A stretch of 64,000 nt of DNA, taken from assembly GCA_036785375.1 (NCBI GenBank), contig JAWMAR010001182.1, forward strand, positions 186,001 through 250,000, written 5' to 3'. Shown here in pieces: positions 1 to 12,219 of the stretch; within the stretch, counting starts at the first letter, position 1; every line of letters starts with the position of its first letter. The notes beneath the pieces are model-generated. The model worked only from the letters and a program-made list of their open reading frames with translations. It was not told the DNA's origin and made no database searches. The position numbers and the translations under genes were made by a program. The DNA is from Leucoraja ocellata. Taxonomy: Eukaryota.

Positions 1-540
1 GACCAACACCTTTACGGAGAAGTCTTAGGAACGTTGACCTGCCTCTGATTACTCAAACATGCTGCGACAGATTAGCATAGAACGCATACTGTTGGGTATA
101 TCACAGCTTGTTGTGGGGACATATATGTCCTATAAAGAGTAAATTGCGCAGGGTTCTGGAAGATGACGGGTCTCATTCCTTCTACTCCCTGCACCCGTCG
201 GGCAGAAGATACAGAAGGCTTAAAGCTCGCACCACCAGACTCCAGAACAGATTCTTACCCTCTGTTGTCAGGCTTCTGAGCCGCTCTTCCATATGCCAGG
301 GTATTGCCGTTTCACCTATATCATCTTGCGGACATTGGGCTTTGTGGATGTGATACGCTGCAGTGCGCTCCCAAACTTGAACTACGCTCTGCACTCCGAT
401 TTCCCCTCTTACATTACCTGTTACTGAGATTGAATTCTTTGTACTGATATTTAATAGTATTTGATCTAATTTGGTTTTTCATGCAAACCAATGCTTTTTG
501 CAGCTCCCGGAGAGACATGGCAACAATGCACCTAAACCTG
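1..540 (+). mobile_element. Rex1/Babar-type non-LTR retrotransposon 3' remnant in the GPCR intron (longer copy at about 31100-32040)
   Basis: Decayed KFLGVDITND.CW and PSGRRYRRLKARTTRLQNRF.P..VRLL, typical of the RT C-terminal region of this clade. Confidence 0.6.
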
Positions 541-919
541 AATCTGAAGAGAATTAACCTGTGACATATCCAATGAACGACGAACGATCAAGTAGCTTAA
601 CAAAGGAATAGGTGACGTTTCTGGTCGAGACCCTTCTTCAGACTGATCAGTCTCGACCCGAAACGTCACCTATTCCTTCGCTTCATAGATGCCGCTTCAC
701 CCGCTGTCCAATTCTCCAGCATTTTTGTCTAGCTTCGATTTCTCCAGCAACTGCAGTCATTTCTTAAACAAACATTTTCTAGCTAATACCGCAATAACCT
801 GAAGAATGCAGTCTAGCATTCCCGTGTTTCGCACACTATTTACACTTTACCTTTAACAATGTTTTTATCAACACATCATCCCACGTCTCAGTCCCACTTA
901 CTGCGTTCCCTTCACCTAC

Positions 920-989
920 CGGGTACTCCGATTGCTGCCAGAATTGGATAATAATAATATTCAACTTCCAAGTGCCGCTTCCAACTCAT
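920..989 (-). CDS. Exon 1 of a GPR139/142-like GPCR (paralog of the 29765-32488 gene); exon 2 predicted left of the window
   Basis: Minus strand reads MSWKRHLEVEYYYYPILAAIGVP plus 1 nt, then a GTAGGT donor. Matches exon 1 at 32419-32488 except S/D at residue 2 and occupies the equivalent position in the duplicated unit. Confidence 0.85.
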
Positions 990-3595
990 TTTTCCTTCAA
1001 GCCGTCCGCAGTTATGCAGTGCAAAACTTAAAGGAGTCAAAGTGAGAAGTCAAACAGCGCTATATTTATATTCTTAGAAAAAACTGAAGGACTGCGTGCG
1101 TTCACCTCCCCGCGGACATTTATTGTGGACCGTTGAACAAATAGTTTGCTCCCATGTGATGCAAAGCGATCAAACTCATTATGCGACCGCCCGCTGCTCA
1201 GGCACCAGCTGAGCACCAACAGAACTAAGGAACTGTAAAATACGAGTGAACATTCTATTTTTAAATTTTAACGGGTGGCACACAGATGCAGCAAAATACG
1301 TGTAATGTAGCATTTATCCACACATACTACGATGTAATACAATATATTACTTGTCGCATTTGCAATGCATTTTCCAGACACCGTTCCATTCATTTAACAT
1401 GCACCCATTAATGATTTAATCTTGCATTATCCGTGGAGCTGCCTTTCAAAAGGAAAGATTATCATTTTTGGGCAGGGTCTAAATGATGTAAACCACAGGG
1501 AACCTTCTAGACGACATCATATACAATTCAGCTACAACAGCAGCATTAATGTATTTCAACTGTTGCCACTTCATGAAGTAAAGAATAGGCGAATATAATG
1601 TGTAATGTGACAACTGACTGGAAATATGCAGCGGCTAGAAATGTTCTTGATCAACAGATTATCTTTAAAGAAATGTGTTAATTCATAAAACACAGAGGTG
1701 AACAGTTTTGACGTTATTCCAGATATTAGAGCGAAATCTTCTCAATTCAATGATCCGTTGGAGATGTCAAGTATGTTGATGTACAAGGTGATTGAATCGG
1801 TTAAGGAGAATCTCACCGGCTGTAAATGTTTGGGGATAGATCATCCTGAAGAAAGTCTTGACCCAAGAAAGAAGTGTTATGTTTGCTGCACTCGACCTAA
1901 GCAATTCACTGACAAAAACTTCAGAGCAGTACACCACAGGGGGAGGGAAATTATTTTTCGAAATAGTGCATTTAGGATTCATTTAAGTATGCAACTCTAT
2001 TCATAAGAATGGTACTAATATTGGAGAGTGTGAATTGTGAGATGGACTGGCTAATGCAGAAGCCTTATCCCTCTGCTGCGAACAAAACCTGGAGGAGTTG
2101 TGGAGGGTTAACATATGACAAGAAGATCAGTTGTGGTATTTTACTGTGTTCCTCGGATGTAGGTCTCTAAAAGAGGGCAAAAGTCTAAAATGAGGCGGTA
2201 AATATTTAAAGGGGACGCCGCGCCAACTCTCCTTCACGGGAGAGGCAGGTATATTGAACCAACTCTCACTGTAAGTGGTAGTTGCATGTTACACAGCACA
2301 GAGACATGGCCTTTTCTCCATCTTGTTCATGAACAATTTGCTTGCAACCAATGCGAGTAAATTTGAATGTGGATGTTAAGATTTGTTTCCCCTCAGCCAG
2401 CTTGAGGTGTCGGCTTATTTCACTGCAGGAGTAACACGCAGTTGGGCATAAGTGGAGTTTAACCATCTGGTCTGGGACGTTGGCGAGACCGCACGTGCAA
2501 TGTTGTTCAGATCGCAATATGTTAGCGATGATACCATTAATCTGGGGAGTGGCAGAGTATTAATGACAACGTTTTTGCCAGGAATGGAGAGGTTGAATTC
2601 CGAGAGAGACTGTATAGGGCAGGATATTTTATTTCTCTGGACCGAACGATGTTGTGATTTGACATTTCAAGTTTGGAACGTTTTCACGAGAGACAATATA
2701 ATCAAGACAGTCGTCGAAATGCCCAATTGTGTTCCAAATGACGAGGAAGAGAGATTTAGTAGAGTTGGAGACTCATATGTTATGTTCAGAAATTTGCGCC
2801 TTGCCTCGGGGGAAGATGATGTGTTGTTCTTCGATCTTGCAATAAAGTCCTGGTGTCATCCTGCGAGCGCGACCAAACCAGAAGCGGAAGCCGCGCGGAG
2901 GTCGAGTGAGTGACACGGCGGCGAGGCGGCGAGGCGGCGAGGCGGCTGCGGTCAGGCAGACCGTTGCCGCGCGGAATTTATGAACACAGTCAGTTTTTCG
3001 GAGCCCCGCGCGATGTCGGGACCAGCTCGGCACAACTCCATACGCCTCCGGCGATCGAAGTGGGACTGGCCACGCGAGCCTGAACGGCTCTAGCGACCAC
3101 GTTAGGTCGCGCTTGCCGCATGGAGTCGCATGCTCGAGGGACAGGCCCTTTGCACTGCATTCACACTGTTTCACACAGGGAGTGCCCGGTATATGGAACG
3201 TGCTGCCAGAGGGAGCAGTATGACAGGTACTGTATTGAAAACACATGTGGACAGGTATATGGATACGGAAGGCGTAGGGGGGTATGGTGCAAACGCGGGA
3301 AAATGACACTAGGGGCATCTTGGTCATCATGGACAAGTTGGGCCCAAAGCGCTGTTCCCGTGGGGTATGCCTCTATATCTCTCTGACGATGTATCAAGTG
3401 GAATTATTCTCTCTGCGTAGACATATCGCATGAGCTGGCCGATCCTCTGTCCACGCATGGTCATTCCACCACATGCGAATAGTGGACAGGCGGACAGAGT
3501 AAACCTACGGACAAATTCTTGGCTTGAAGTTAGATGTTAGATGACAATTTCATGGCTTGACATGTAAATATTACTGGATAGTGTAAATATGAGCA

Positions 3596-5680
3596 AAACA
3601 TTTTTTACACGGAGAGTGCTGAATCTCTGGAATTCTCTGCCACAGAATGTAGTTGAGGCCAGTTCATTGGCTTTATTTAAGCGGGAGTTAGATGTGGTCC
3701 TTGTGGCTAAAGGGATCAGGGGGTATGGAGAGAAGGCAGTTACAGGATACTGAGTTGGATGATCAGCCATGATCATATTGAATGGCGGTACAGGCTCGAA
3801 GGGCCGAATGACCTACTCCTGCACCTATTTTCAATGTTTCTATGTTTCTTTATATAATGTCAGCTGATGCAATAAATGTAGTCAAAAGTCCCTTACAGAC
3901 AGAATTACAGGTAAATTTACAATGGAAAGCAAGGAATTTCAGACCAGTTTAACAAGTACTTACTTACGGAAGACAGAAACAATCTCCCAGAAATATTAGA
4001 GAACCGAGGTTCTATCGTGATTGAGGAACTGAAGGAAATTCACATTAGTCATGAAATAGTGTTGGGTAAAATGTTGGGACTGAAGACAGATAAATCACCA
4101 GGACCTGATGGTCTGCATCCCAGAGTAGCCACGGAGGTGGGCCGAGAAATCGTGCTTGCATTGGTGATCAGTTTTTTTGACTGTGAATTAGTTCCTGCGG
4201 ACTGGAGGATAGCTAATGTACCACTTTTTTTTAATGAAAGGAGGAAGAGAGAAAACGGGGAACTATAGACCAGTTAGGTTGACATTGGTAGAGAGGAGGA
4301 TGCTTGAATCGATTATTAATAGATTAATAGAACCGCATTTGGATAGCAGTGACAGGATAGGTCAGACTTATCATTGATTTCTGAAGGGGAAATCATGCTT
4401 GACAAATCTTCGGGATTTTTTTGAGGACGTAACAAGTAGGGTGGATAAGGGAGTGCCAGTGGATGTGGTGTATCTGGAGTTTCAAAAAAGCTTTGACAAG
4501 GTTCACCACAGGAGATTAGTGTGCAAAATTGCAGCACATTGTATTGGGGGTGGGCTATTGACACGGATAAATAACTGGTTGGCAGGCAGGAAGCAAAGAG
4601 TAGGAAATAACAGGTCCTTTTCAGAATGGCATGCAGTGACCCGTGGAGTACCGTAAGGCTAAGTGCTGGGGCTCCAGTTGTTTACAATATATATTAACGA
4701 TTTAGACGAAGGAATTAAATGCAACATCTCCATGTTTGCGGATGACACAAAGCTGGGTGGCAGTGTGAGCTGCGAGGAGAATGCGATGAGGCCGCCTGGT
4801 GACTTGCTTCGGTGCGTGGCAGATGCAAGTAAGATGCAATATAATGTGGATACGTGTGAGTTTATGCACATTGGTGGCAAGAACAAGAAGGCAGATTATT
4901 ATCTAAATTGTGTCAGATTTGGAAAAGGGGAGTGTCAACGGGACACTGGTGTCCTTGTACATTAAACACTGAAAGTAAGCATGCAGGTATAACAGGCAAT
5001 GAAGAAAGCTAATGGCATTTTGGCTTTCATAGCGAGAGGATGTGTGTAAAGGAGCAAAGCGATCCTGGCGAGACCGCAGTTTTTGTCTCCTTATTTGAGG
5101 AAGGGCATTCTTGCGGGACTGAAATATGGTGAAAGGATGGATCGACTGGGTTTATATCCACTGGAATTTAGAAGGGTGAAAGGGGATCTTATAGAAACAT
5201 ATAAGATTCTTAAGGAATTATACAGGACAAATGTTTCCGATGTTGGGAGTCGAGAACCAGGGGTCACAATTTAAGAATAAGGGGTAGGCCATTTGGGACT
5301 GGGATGAGGAAAATCGTTTTCAACAAGAGAGCTTTGAATCTATGGAATTATCCGGCAGAGAAGGTAGTGGAGGCCAATTCACTCGATGTATTCAAGCGAG
5401 AGTTAGACTTTGCTCTTCGGACAACAGAATCAAGGGACATGAGGAGAAAGCAGGGACAGGGTACTGATTCTGGATGATCAGCCAGGATCATATTGAACGG
5501 TGGTGATGGCTCGAAGAGCCGAATGCTGAGAGAATGGAGCAGCTGGGCTTGTACACTCTGGAGCTTAGAAGGACGAGAGGAGATATCATTGAAACATGTA
5601 AGATTTTTAAGGGCTTGGACATGCTAGAGGCAGGAAACATGCACCTATTGGCTATGGTCTATTGTCGATTGTCTATATGT
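3596..5680 (+). mobile_element. CR1-type LINE fragments (3' end at 3596-3850, then decayed ORF2/RT); duplicate at about 35113-37225
   Basis: KSPGPDGLHPRV, VDVVYL.F.K.FDKV.H, FADDTKLGG; 3' UTR ending in (TTTCTATG)n. Confidence 0.9.
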
Positions 5681-6897
5681 CATACCATGAGTGCTAGATA
5701 CCTTCAAGCATAAGTCGACAGGGAAGCAAATTACATCTGGTCAGCATTCGCAGATTCTACAGGTAAAAGTAAATATCGAGGTTATTGCCCATTTCATTTA
5801 CTGAGTTTCTTGTTCTTCGCTGGAATAAGAAAGAAAATATCACAATTCCATTGGAATGATCAATTTCAGTGTATTTAAGTGTATTCCTCTCCAGATAAAT
5901 TACAATTACCAATGAATGTGGCGCATACTTTCCACAGTTAGAAGATAGTCATTGTGTTGCTTTGTTCATGTCTTTGTCGCACTGTTGCCACGAGCTTCCA
6001 AACTGGCTGATCTATTACATGTCAACCAGAAGAAAGTATGCCAATAAATGATCATAATTGTGAATGCAAACACCGCACTTAACGTTACTCTGTTCAACGT
6101 CTCCGGTCACGTGCTGTGCAATTTAACATTTCCTCACCTATTATCTTCTCTTAATATTTATTTGTCTGTGTGTTTCTCTGTCATACGCCCAGCCCACCCT
6201 ATAGGAATAATTGGCCATCTATGTTTGTTAATCAGATCTAGATCATCCCTATGATTCAAAATCTGGAGGTTACTGTTCACCGCTATATATTCTGACTAAA
6301 ATGTTCGATGACAGAGTAGAATATGCTTTATCTTACGAGCCCCGTAAACGGGAAATCTGGACAGAAGACATAAAGATATCTCGTGTTTGTCACATACCCA
6401 GGTCACAATATCTCTGCTAATGTACACAAAAATGCTGGAGAAACTCAGCGGGTGCAGCAGCATCAATTGAGCGAAGGAAATAGGCAACGTTTCGGGCCGA
6501 AACCCTTCCTCAGACTGCGAAGGAAATAATGTCCATTCATACCGTTTCGCTTCACTACCTCCATTCGCAGTCGATGGCTCGGCAAGCCACTTGCGTCACA
6601 ATCTTCCCTTCAACTACCTCCAGCTCCAGCAGCTCCTGTTGCCACTGAGGGATTCTTGTGACCTTCTGCCCCCTACAGGCTTTATCCAGTCCCCCACTCT
6701 TGTCGCGGACCCGCCTACATCTTAAGAATGCTGCTCGGGTTCCGTGCATTTCCTTGCCAGTGTTACTGAAGAGGCGTTTCTGTGTGTAGCTGCTTGCGAT
6801 CGGTTTGCGCAGCTGATCAACGCGGGTGGGGCATGTAGTCTTTTAGCTGAAACAGACCGTCACGGATGACCACAAATTTACAAACACAGCGAGCATC

Positions 6898-7377
6898 ATG
6901 AAGACACAATTAGCGCCGCTCCTTATCATTGCGTTACTTCTTAGTGAGGATTTACTTCCCATTAAAATTGCAGGGTTCATTTGACCTCATTAATACTGAT
7001 GTTTATCTCGCTGGAATAAAAATAGCTTGTTTGAGAAAGGTAATCTTGATGACAGTTGTATTGCGTTTATTCGATTGGAGCCTGCAAGACTCAGTGGAAC
7101 AACTGGTGGGAGAAATTATGTCCGAAGAGGGATGTAACATCATCCTAACCTGCACCTTGAAAACAACCGATCCATACCCATATGTCTACTGGTACATCCA
7201 GTGCCCTGGCCAGCCTCCGTATTACCTGCTTCAGATTACAAGGGGGACACAAACTGGAACGAGATACCTCACAGACCGAATCTCTTCTACGTTCAATAAA
7301 ACTGCCAAGAATACCGAGCTGACGATCCGCAAGTCCGTGATCTCCGAATCTGCCGTGTACTTCTGTGTCATGAACCC
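6898..7377 (+). CDS. TCR alpha/delta-type V segment, family a (V-a1); leader 6898-6943, V exon about 7074-7377; canonical acceptor mutated (ORF or possible pseudogene)
   Basis: Leader MKTQLAPLLIIALLL plus GTGAGG donor. V-set domain DSVEQ...LTC...YWYIQ...SESAVYFC with a 23-RSS immediately after. The homologous acceptor reads CG (7072-7073) instead of AG. Confidence 0.88.
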
Positions 7378-7416
7378 CACACTGCCACCGACGTATAACG
7401 GACCCGAACAAAAACT
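7378..7416 (+). promoter_or_regulatory. 23-RSS of V-a1
   Basis: CACACTG + 23 nt + ACAAAAACT. Confidence 0.93.
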
Positions 7417-8312
7417 TACCATTTCCAATCTCGTGAGCACTCGCCAGGGGGCGAGGTGGCCCAAAGGAACAAGAAGACACGATATAGAGAAAAGGACGGC
7501 ATTCTTTGTTCCCCTGGGTACACTGTGCAGTCCGCTACATGATCCTTATCGATCGCTAATTGTTTCAACGGTTTTCAAAGGAATTTTCAAATACATTTGC
7601 TCTAAGGGGTTCGAAACTAGCACATAATCGAACCTATCCCGACAAAGTAGATGCAACTATTGCATATAGCTGAAACTCCTGCAGCTACGCGAGTGCAAAA
7701 GGAATCGATATTGCAGAAAAATGTGTCCCTGGGTCTGTCCGTTGCATTTTTCCACTTACAGTCCAAAGGGGGCTGCCCCATCATGATCTCACACGACGAG
7801 GATTACATTTGTGTCGAAAGGAACTGTAGATGCTGGTTCAAACCGAAGGTAGACAGAAAAAGCTGGAGAAACACAATGGGACAAGCAGCATCCCTGAAGA
7901 GAAGGAATGGATGAGGTTTAGTGTCGAGACGTCTGAAGAAAGATTTCGGCCCGAAACGTCACGCATTCTTCTCTCCAGAGATGCTGCCTGTCCCGCTGAT
8001 TTGTCCCAGCTTTTTGTGTCTATCAAGGATTAGTTTTAGCTACTACTTTGCCAACACTCGTTTTTCCCAAAATGAATAGATTTATGTCGATGCCTATACT
8101 TACCTGTAAGTGGCATTGCAATTTTGGTCACCGCGAGAGCGTAGTTTCTATTTCAGAAGCGGAGCGTCAGTTTTGTTTTCCACGAAATCGACTCAAAAGC
8201 CAATTTCACTTGATAATCCACGTGCAAATCTTGAGCAAGATAGTAGCGCTTCTCATACATATCTTCCCGGTTGGATATCGTCGACGGTATTTTCATGGAA
8301 CGCAAACAAAGT

Positions 8313-9050
8313 CAATAGACAATAGACAATAGACAATAGACACTAGGTGCAGGAGTAGTCCATTCGGCCCTTCGTGCCAGCACCGCCTTTCAATGTGATC
8401 ATGGCTGATCACCCCCAATCACTACCCCGTTCCTGCTTTCTCCCCATATCCCCTGACTCCGTTATTTTTAAGAGCCCTATCTAGTTCTCTCTTAAAAGCA
8501 TCCAGAGCACCGGTCTCCACCACCCTCTGAGGCAGAACGTTCCACAGACTCACTACTCTCATTGCAAAAAAGTGTTTTGTCGTCTCCGTTCTAAATGGTT
8601 TATTCCTCATTCTTAAACTGTGGCACCTGGTTCTGGACTCCCCCATGTTTCCTGCCTCCAGCGTGTCTAAACCCTTAACAATCTTATATGTTTCAAAGAG
8701 GAACCCTCTCATCCTTCCAATCTCCAGAGTGTACAAACCCAGCTGCTCCATTCTCTCAGCATATGACAGTCCCGCCATCCCGGGAATTAACCTTGTAAAC
8801 CTACGCTGGGCTCCCTCAATACCAAGAAGGTCCTTCATCAAATTAGGGGACCAAAACTGCACACAATACTCTAGGTATGGTCTCACTAGGGCTCCGTAAA
8901 AGTACAGAATGGCCTATTTGCTCCTACATTCGATTCCTCTTGTTATAAAGGCCAACATGCCATTCGCTTTCTTCACTGCCTGCTGTACCGGCATGCTTAC
9001 TTTTATAGACCGATGTACAAGGACCACCCTGATCCCCGTTGTACTTCCCC
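8313..9050 (-). mobile_element. CR1 LINE 3' fragment with (CTATTGT)n tail; duplicate at about 38380-39107
   Basis: RPYLEYCVQFWSP...QRRFTRLIPG ORF; heptameric tail. Confidence 0.9.
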
Positions 9051-10087
9051 TAAGTCAATTATTTAAAATGTCGCAGACTCCCGCCTATGTGTCGAACGAC
9101 ATACCGTGAACGGTAGGAATTATGAAGCGTTTCACGGATGCGAATAGCCCACGAAGTATTTTTGCCGTCACTGCGGCAAACATCACCTAGGATCATAGAT
9201 TCTGATGGGATTATTTACTACTAATCACCACTGACTTAAAAACCAGTGTCCGAGAAATCACAAATATAAAGAGTGATCGAATCGAGGGCAGGGAGTAAAT
9301 GATGTCCAAGTAGTTTACTATCGAAAACTCAATTCCAGAAATAGCTGTATATTTGTTTTCTTGAGGGAGGTGTATTTTAGGAAGCAGGTGAGGAAAGGGC
9401 GACGGGAACAGGCGACGTGAGCTTCTTTGGTAGCTGTATTATCTGTAGTCAAATGATTTAAACGATTCGCCCGTTCGCTGCCCGAAACTAACAAGCCAAC
9501 CAAGTGAACAACTGGTAAAAGACCAACATCCGACTCCGCCGTGCACTGCCGTGCCACGAACTCCGCGATGCAGCGCAGTATAATTGATACTAAGTCGCCA
9601 GCAGATGGCGCTAGCCAGAATCTTTAAAACAAGCCACACCTTTTTCATAAATAATGGTTCACTCCCCCATTCTCTCTCACTACATTAATACAACCGTCAT
9701 CTCATTCCAACCTTGTTTCGAGTTTACTCAGTCTTTTTTTTGAAGCATTCCTACCATTCTACCATGATATACAACTGAAACAATCAACGAGATATCCTCT
9801 CATGAGTTGTTATTTGGAGAGCGCCCTCACATACCGAATGTCCCCTCTGACTCTCCTATACTGCAGCGTTCTTCGCCCCGCAAACTACTTGCGTCCAGTT
9901 GGCTTTGTCAACTTGCGAATTATGTCTCACGTTTTTACCTAACTGTATCTGGTGGAAAATAACACAGTGGAAGCCATGTGTTTAATGACGCAGGTTTAAC
10001 TATTCTCTGTCATTAATAACTGTGGGAGTTGTTCTAAATAAATATAAATGTATTGGATTAATTGTTCACCGCAGTGGAATCCTTTTG

Positions 10088-10115
10088 ATTGGTGTTCTGC
10101 ACGGAAATGACATCA
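10088..10115 (+). promoter_or_regulatory. Putative V-b promoter module (inverted CCAAT + CRE-like TGACATCA); copy at about 40145-40172
   Basis: ATTGGTGTTCTGCACGGAAATGACATCA about 115-140 nt upstream of the leader ATG; similar module upstream of V-c. Confidence 0.6.
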
Positions 10116-10229
10116 GTCCAGCTTCAGCCAATGTGCTCAGCTATTTGTTCTTCTTATTGCTATAACAGTTGCGAGAATGTCTATACGAATTTGACGCTCA
10201 AACGATCACAGTATCCGCGAGCAGTTAAA

Positions 10230-12180
10230 ATGCAACTATTTGCACCCGTTACATTGGTTGCACTGATTATCGGTAAGAAAATTAAATCTTTTTATGAAGT
10301 TTGGTTTATCGTCAGAAAGAAGGCATTTAAAAAAATCAGATGCCCCGTTAAAGATTTATAGAACTGTCCGTCCTTCCACCGCCTTCCACCGCCATTTCTG
10401 CAACTTAAAAGTGGAACGAATGTAGCTGGGACTTGTAGGCCGATGTGGGCAAATTGGGCCGAAGGGTTGGCTCTACACTGTATCACTCTATGTCTCTATA
10501 ATCGCCATTAGATTATTACCACCAGAATGAATGGGGTATTATTCTCCAGTAAGCAAACAGCTAATCAAGGTGTTGCATAGAGGAAAAGGGTCCAGCTCAG
10601 TAACAATTTACCAACATGCTGCATGGATTAGCAATAAGGAGAAGTTGAAAAACACTTGCAATGTTTTCTCGGGAAGGTCGAATGCTGGAGACCTTATAGG
10701 AGTACATCAAATTACGAGGCGCATAGCCTGTGGGAACATTTTTTTCCCAGGGTGGAAATCCCGAGAATAAGAGGGGGTTGCGTTAAGGTGAGAGGGACGA
10801 AATTTCAAGCAGTGGTGTAGTGCAGGTATTGTTTTTACACAGAGTGTGTTGTGTACATGAAACAGGTACGGTGGTCGAGCCGTGTAAGATAGTGGCATTT
10901 AAGGATTTACGGAACGGCACGTGGCTAGGCAGGGAACGGTACAAGCGGCAAATTAGATTCGTTTATCTACGTCATCCTCGAAACGGATATTGTGCGCTGA
11001 AGGATCTATTCATGTGCTACACTATTCTCTGTTCTGTGTTGTAATTTCAACTTATGGTCTTATATATCTCATAACTGATAAACCCAGCGGGATATAGAGG
11101 AGAACAATATTATGTGGAATGCTTGGGTGGCTTTTTGTAGTGTTACAAACTCATGCAAATAGTGTATCAGGCACAGTATAAATAGGTGGTCACTGCGAGT
11201 GAAATGTGGGAATGTAAGTTGAGTATGTCAAAGGGAGGTGTGGAGGTATGTCCTGGGATTGATGCTCGCGCATTCCTATTTACCCATGAATCACAATTCT
11301 CCTCCGTAAGTTTAGTTTAATTTAGTTTATAGACACAGCGCGGATACAGGCCATTCGGCCCACCGAGGTCTCACAGACTAACCATCCCCGCACATTAATA
11401 CCACCCTGCACGAGGGCCATTTAATTTTTGTTTATACCAAGCCAATTAACCTACAAACCTGTACGTCTTAGACTGTGGGTGGAAACGGAAGTGCTCGGAG
11501 AGACCCCACCCAGGTCACGGGAAAAAATCGTACCAACTCCGTACAGACAAGCACCCGTAGCCAGGATCGAACCCAGGTAAGTGCTGTAAGGCAGCAACTC
11601 TACCGCTGCACCACTGTGCCGCCCTATATTTATTCCACAGCTATTGCCCGCTCCGAATCCTGCTACTTCTTATTCTTGCGTATGGCGTGCACAGTCTCAA
11701 GTTGTAGGCCAACGTGTTCTATTTGATCTTATTTGATTGTGGCACGCCAGGTTCATTGCACTCGTTGAAACAGGGCGGACCACGTGAAGGTCGCAATCTG
11801 CCACACCCAAATCCTGCAAACATTATTTAAGTCCAATCTAATGATCCATGTCACGCTTTTTTCAACTGTGTTCCAGGTCAGAGCAATGGAAACGTTGTGT
11901 CTCAGAGGGATCCCACGCTGACAAGGGCAGAAGGAGAAACTGCAACTTTAGTCTGCACATACACCAGCGATATGTCTTCCTTATTCTGGTACCGCCAGTA
12001 CCCAAGCAAGCGACCGGAAGTTGCGGTCGGGCGTTTCATCGAAGGCAATTTAGATTTCAAGGCAGAATTCGCTCGGACCCGCATTTCTCATTACGTTCAG
12101 CGTTCAAGAAAAACGTATTATTTGGCAATCTCGGATTTGCAGCTGTCTGACACGGCGGTATATCTTTGTGCACTGAGGCT
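10230..12180 (+). CDS. TCR alpha/delta-type V segment, family b (V-b1); leader 10230-10272, V exon 11877-12180
   Basis: Leader MQLFAPVTLVALII plus GTAAGA donor; ttccAG acceptor in phase 1. GQSNGNVVSQ...LVCTY...LFWYRQYP...SDTAVYLCALR, intact frame, RSS follows. Confidence 0.92.
11310..11625 (-). mobile_element. tRNA-derived V-SINE-like element in the V-b intron; duplicate at about 43830-44145
   Basis: Minus-strand B-box GGTTCGATCC, V-domain-like GGAGTT.GTACG..TT.CCCGTGACC, (AAACT)n tail. Confidence 0.7.
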
Positions 12181-12219
12181 CACAATGATGGGAGTGGGCT
12201 GGGGCCTCGTACAATAACT
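12181..12219 (+). promoter_or_regulatory. 23-RSS of V-b1
   Basis: CACAATG + 23 nt + ACAATAACT. Confidence 0.92.

Noticed and set aside
2452-2913. 153-aa ORF open in both duplicate copies (also 33925-34386)
   Set aside because: GTG start, no recognisable domain, and it contains a decayed CR1-like piece (FLPGMERLN). Retention is explained by recent duplication.
6929-7627. 232-aa single-exon ORF containing an Ig domain
   Set aside because: Chance read-through of intron, V exon, RSS and flank; the true leader is in another frame.
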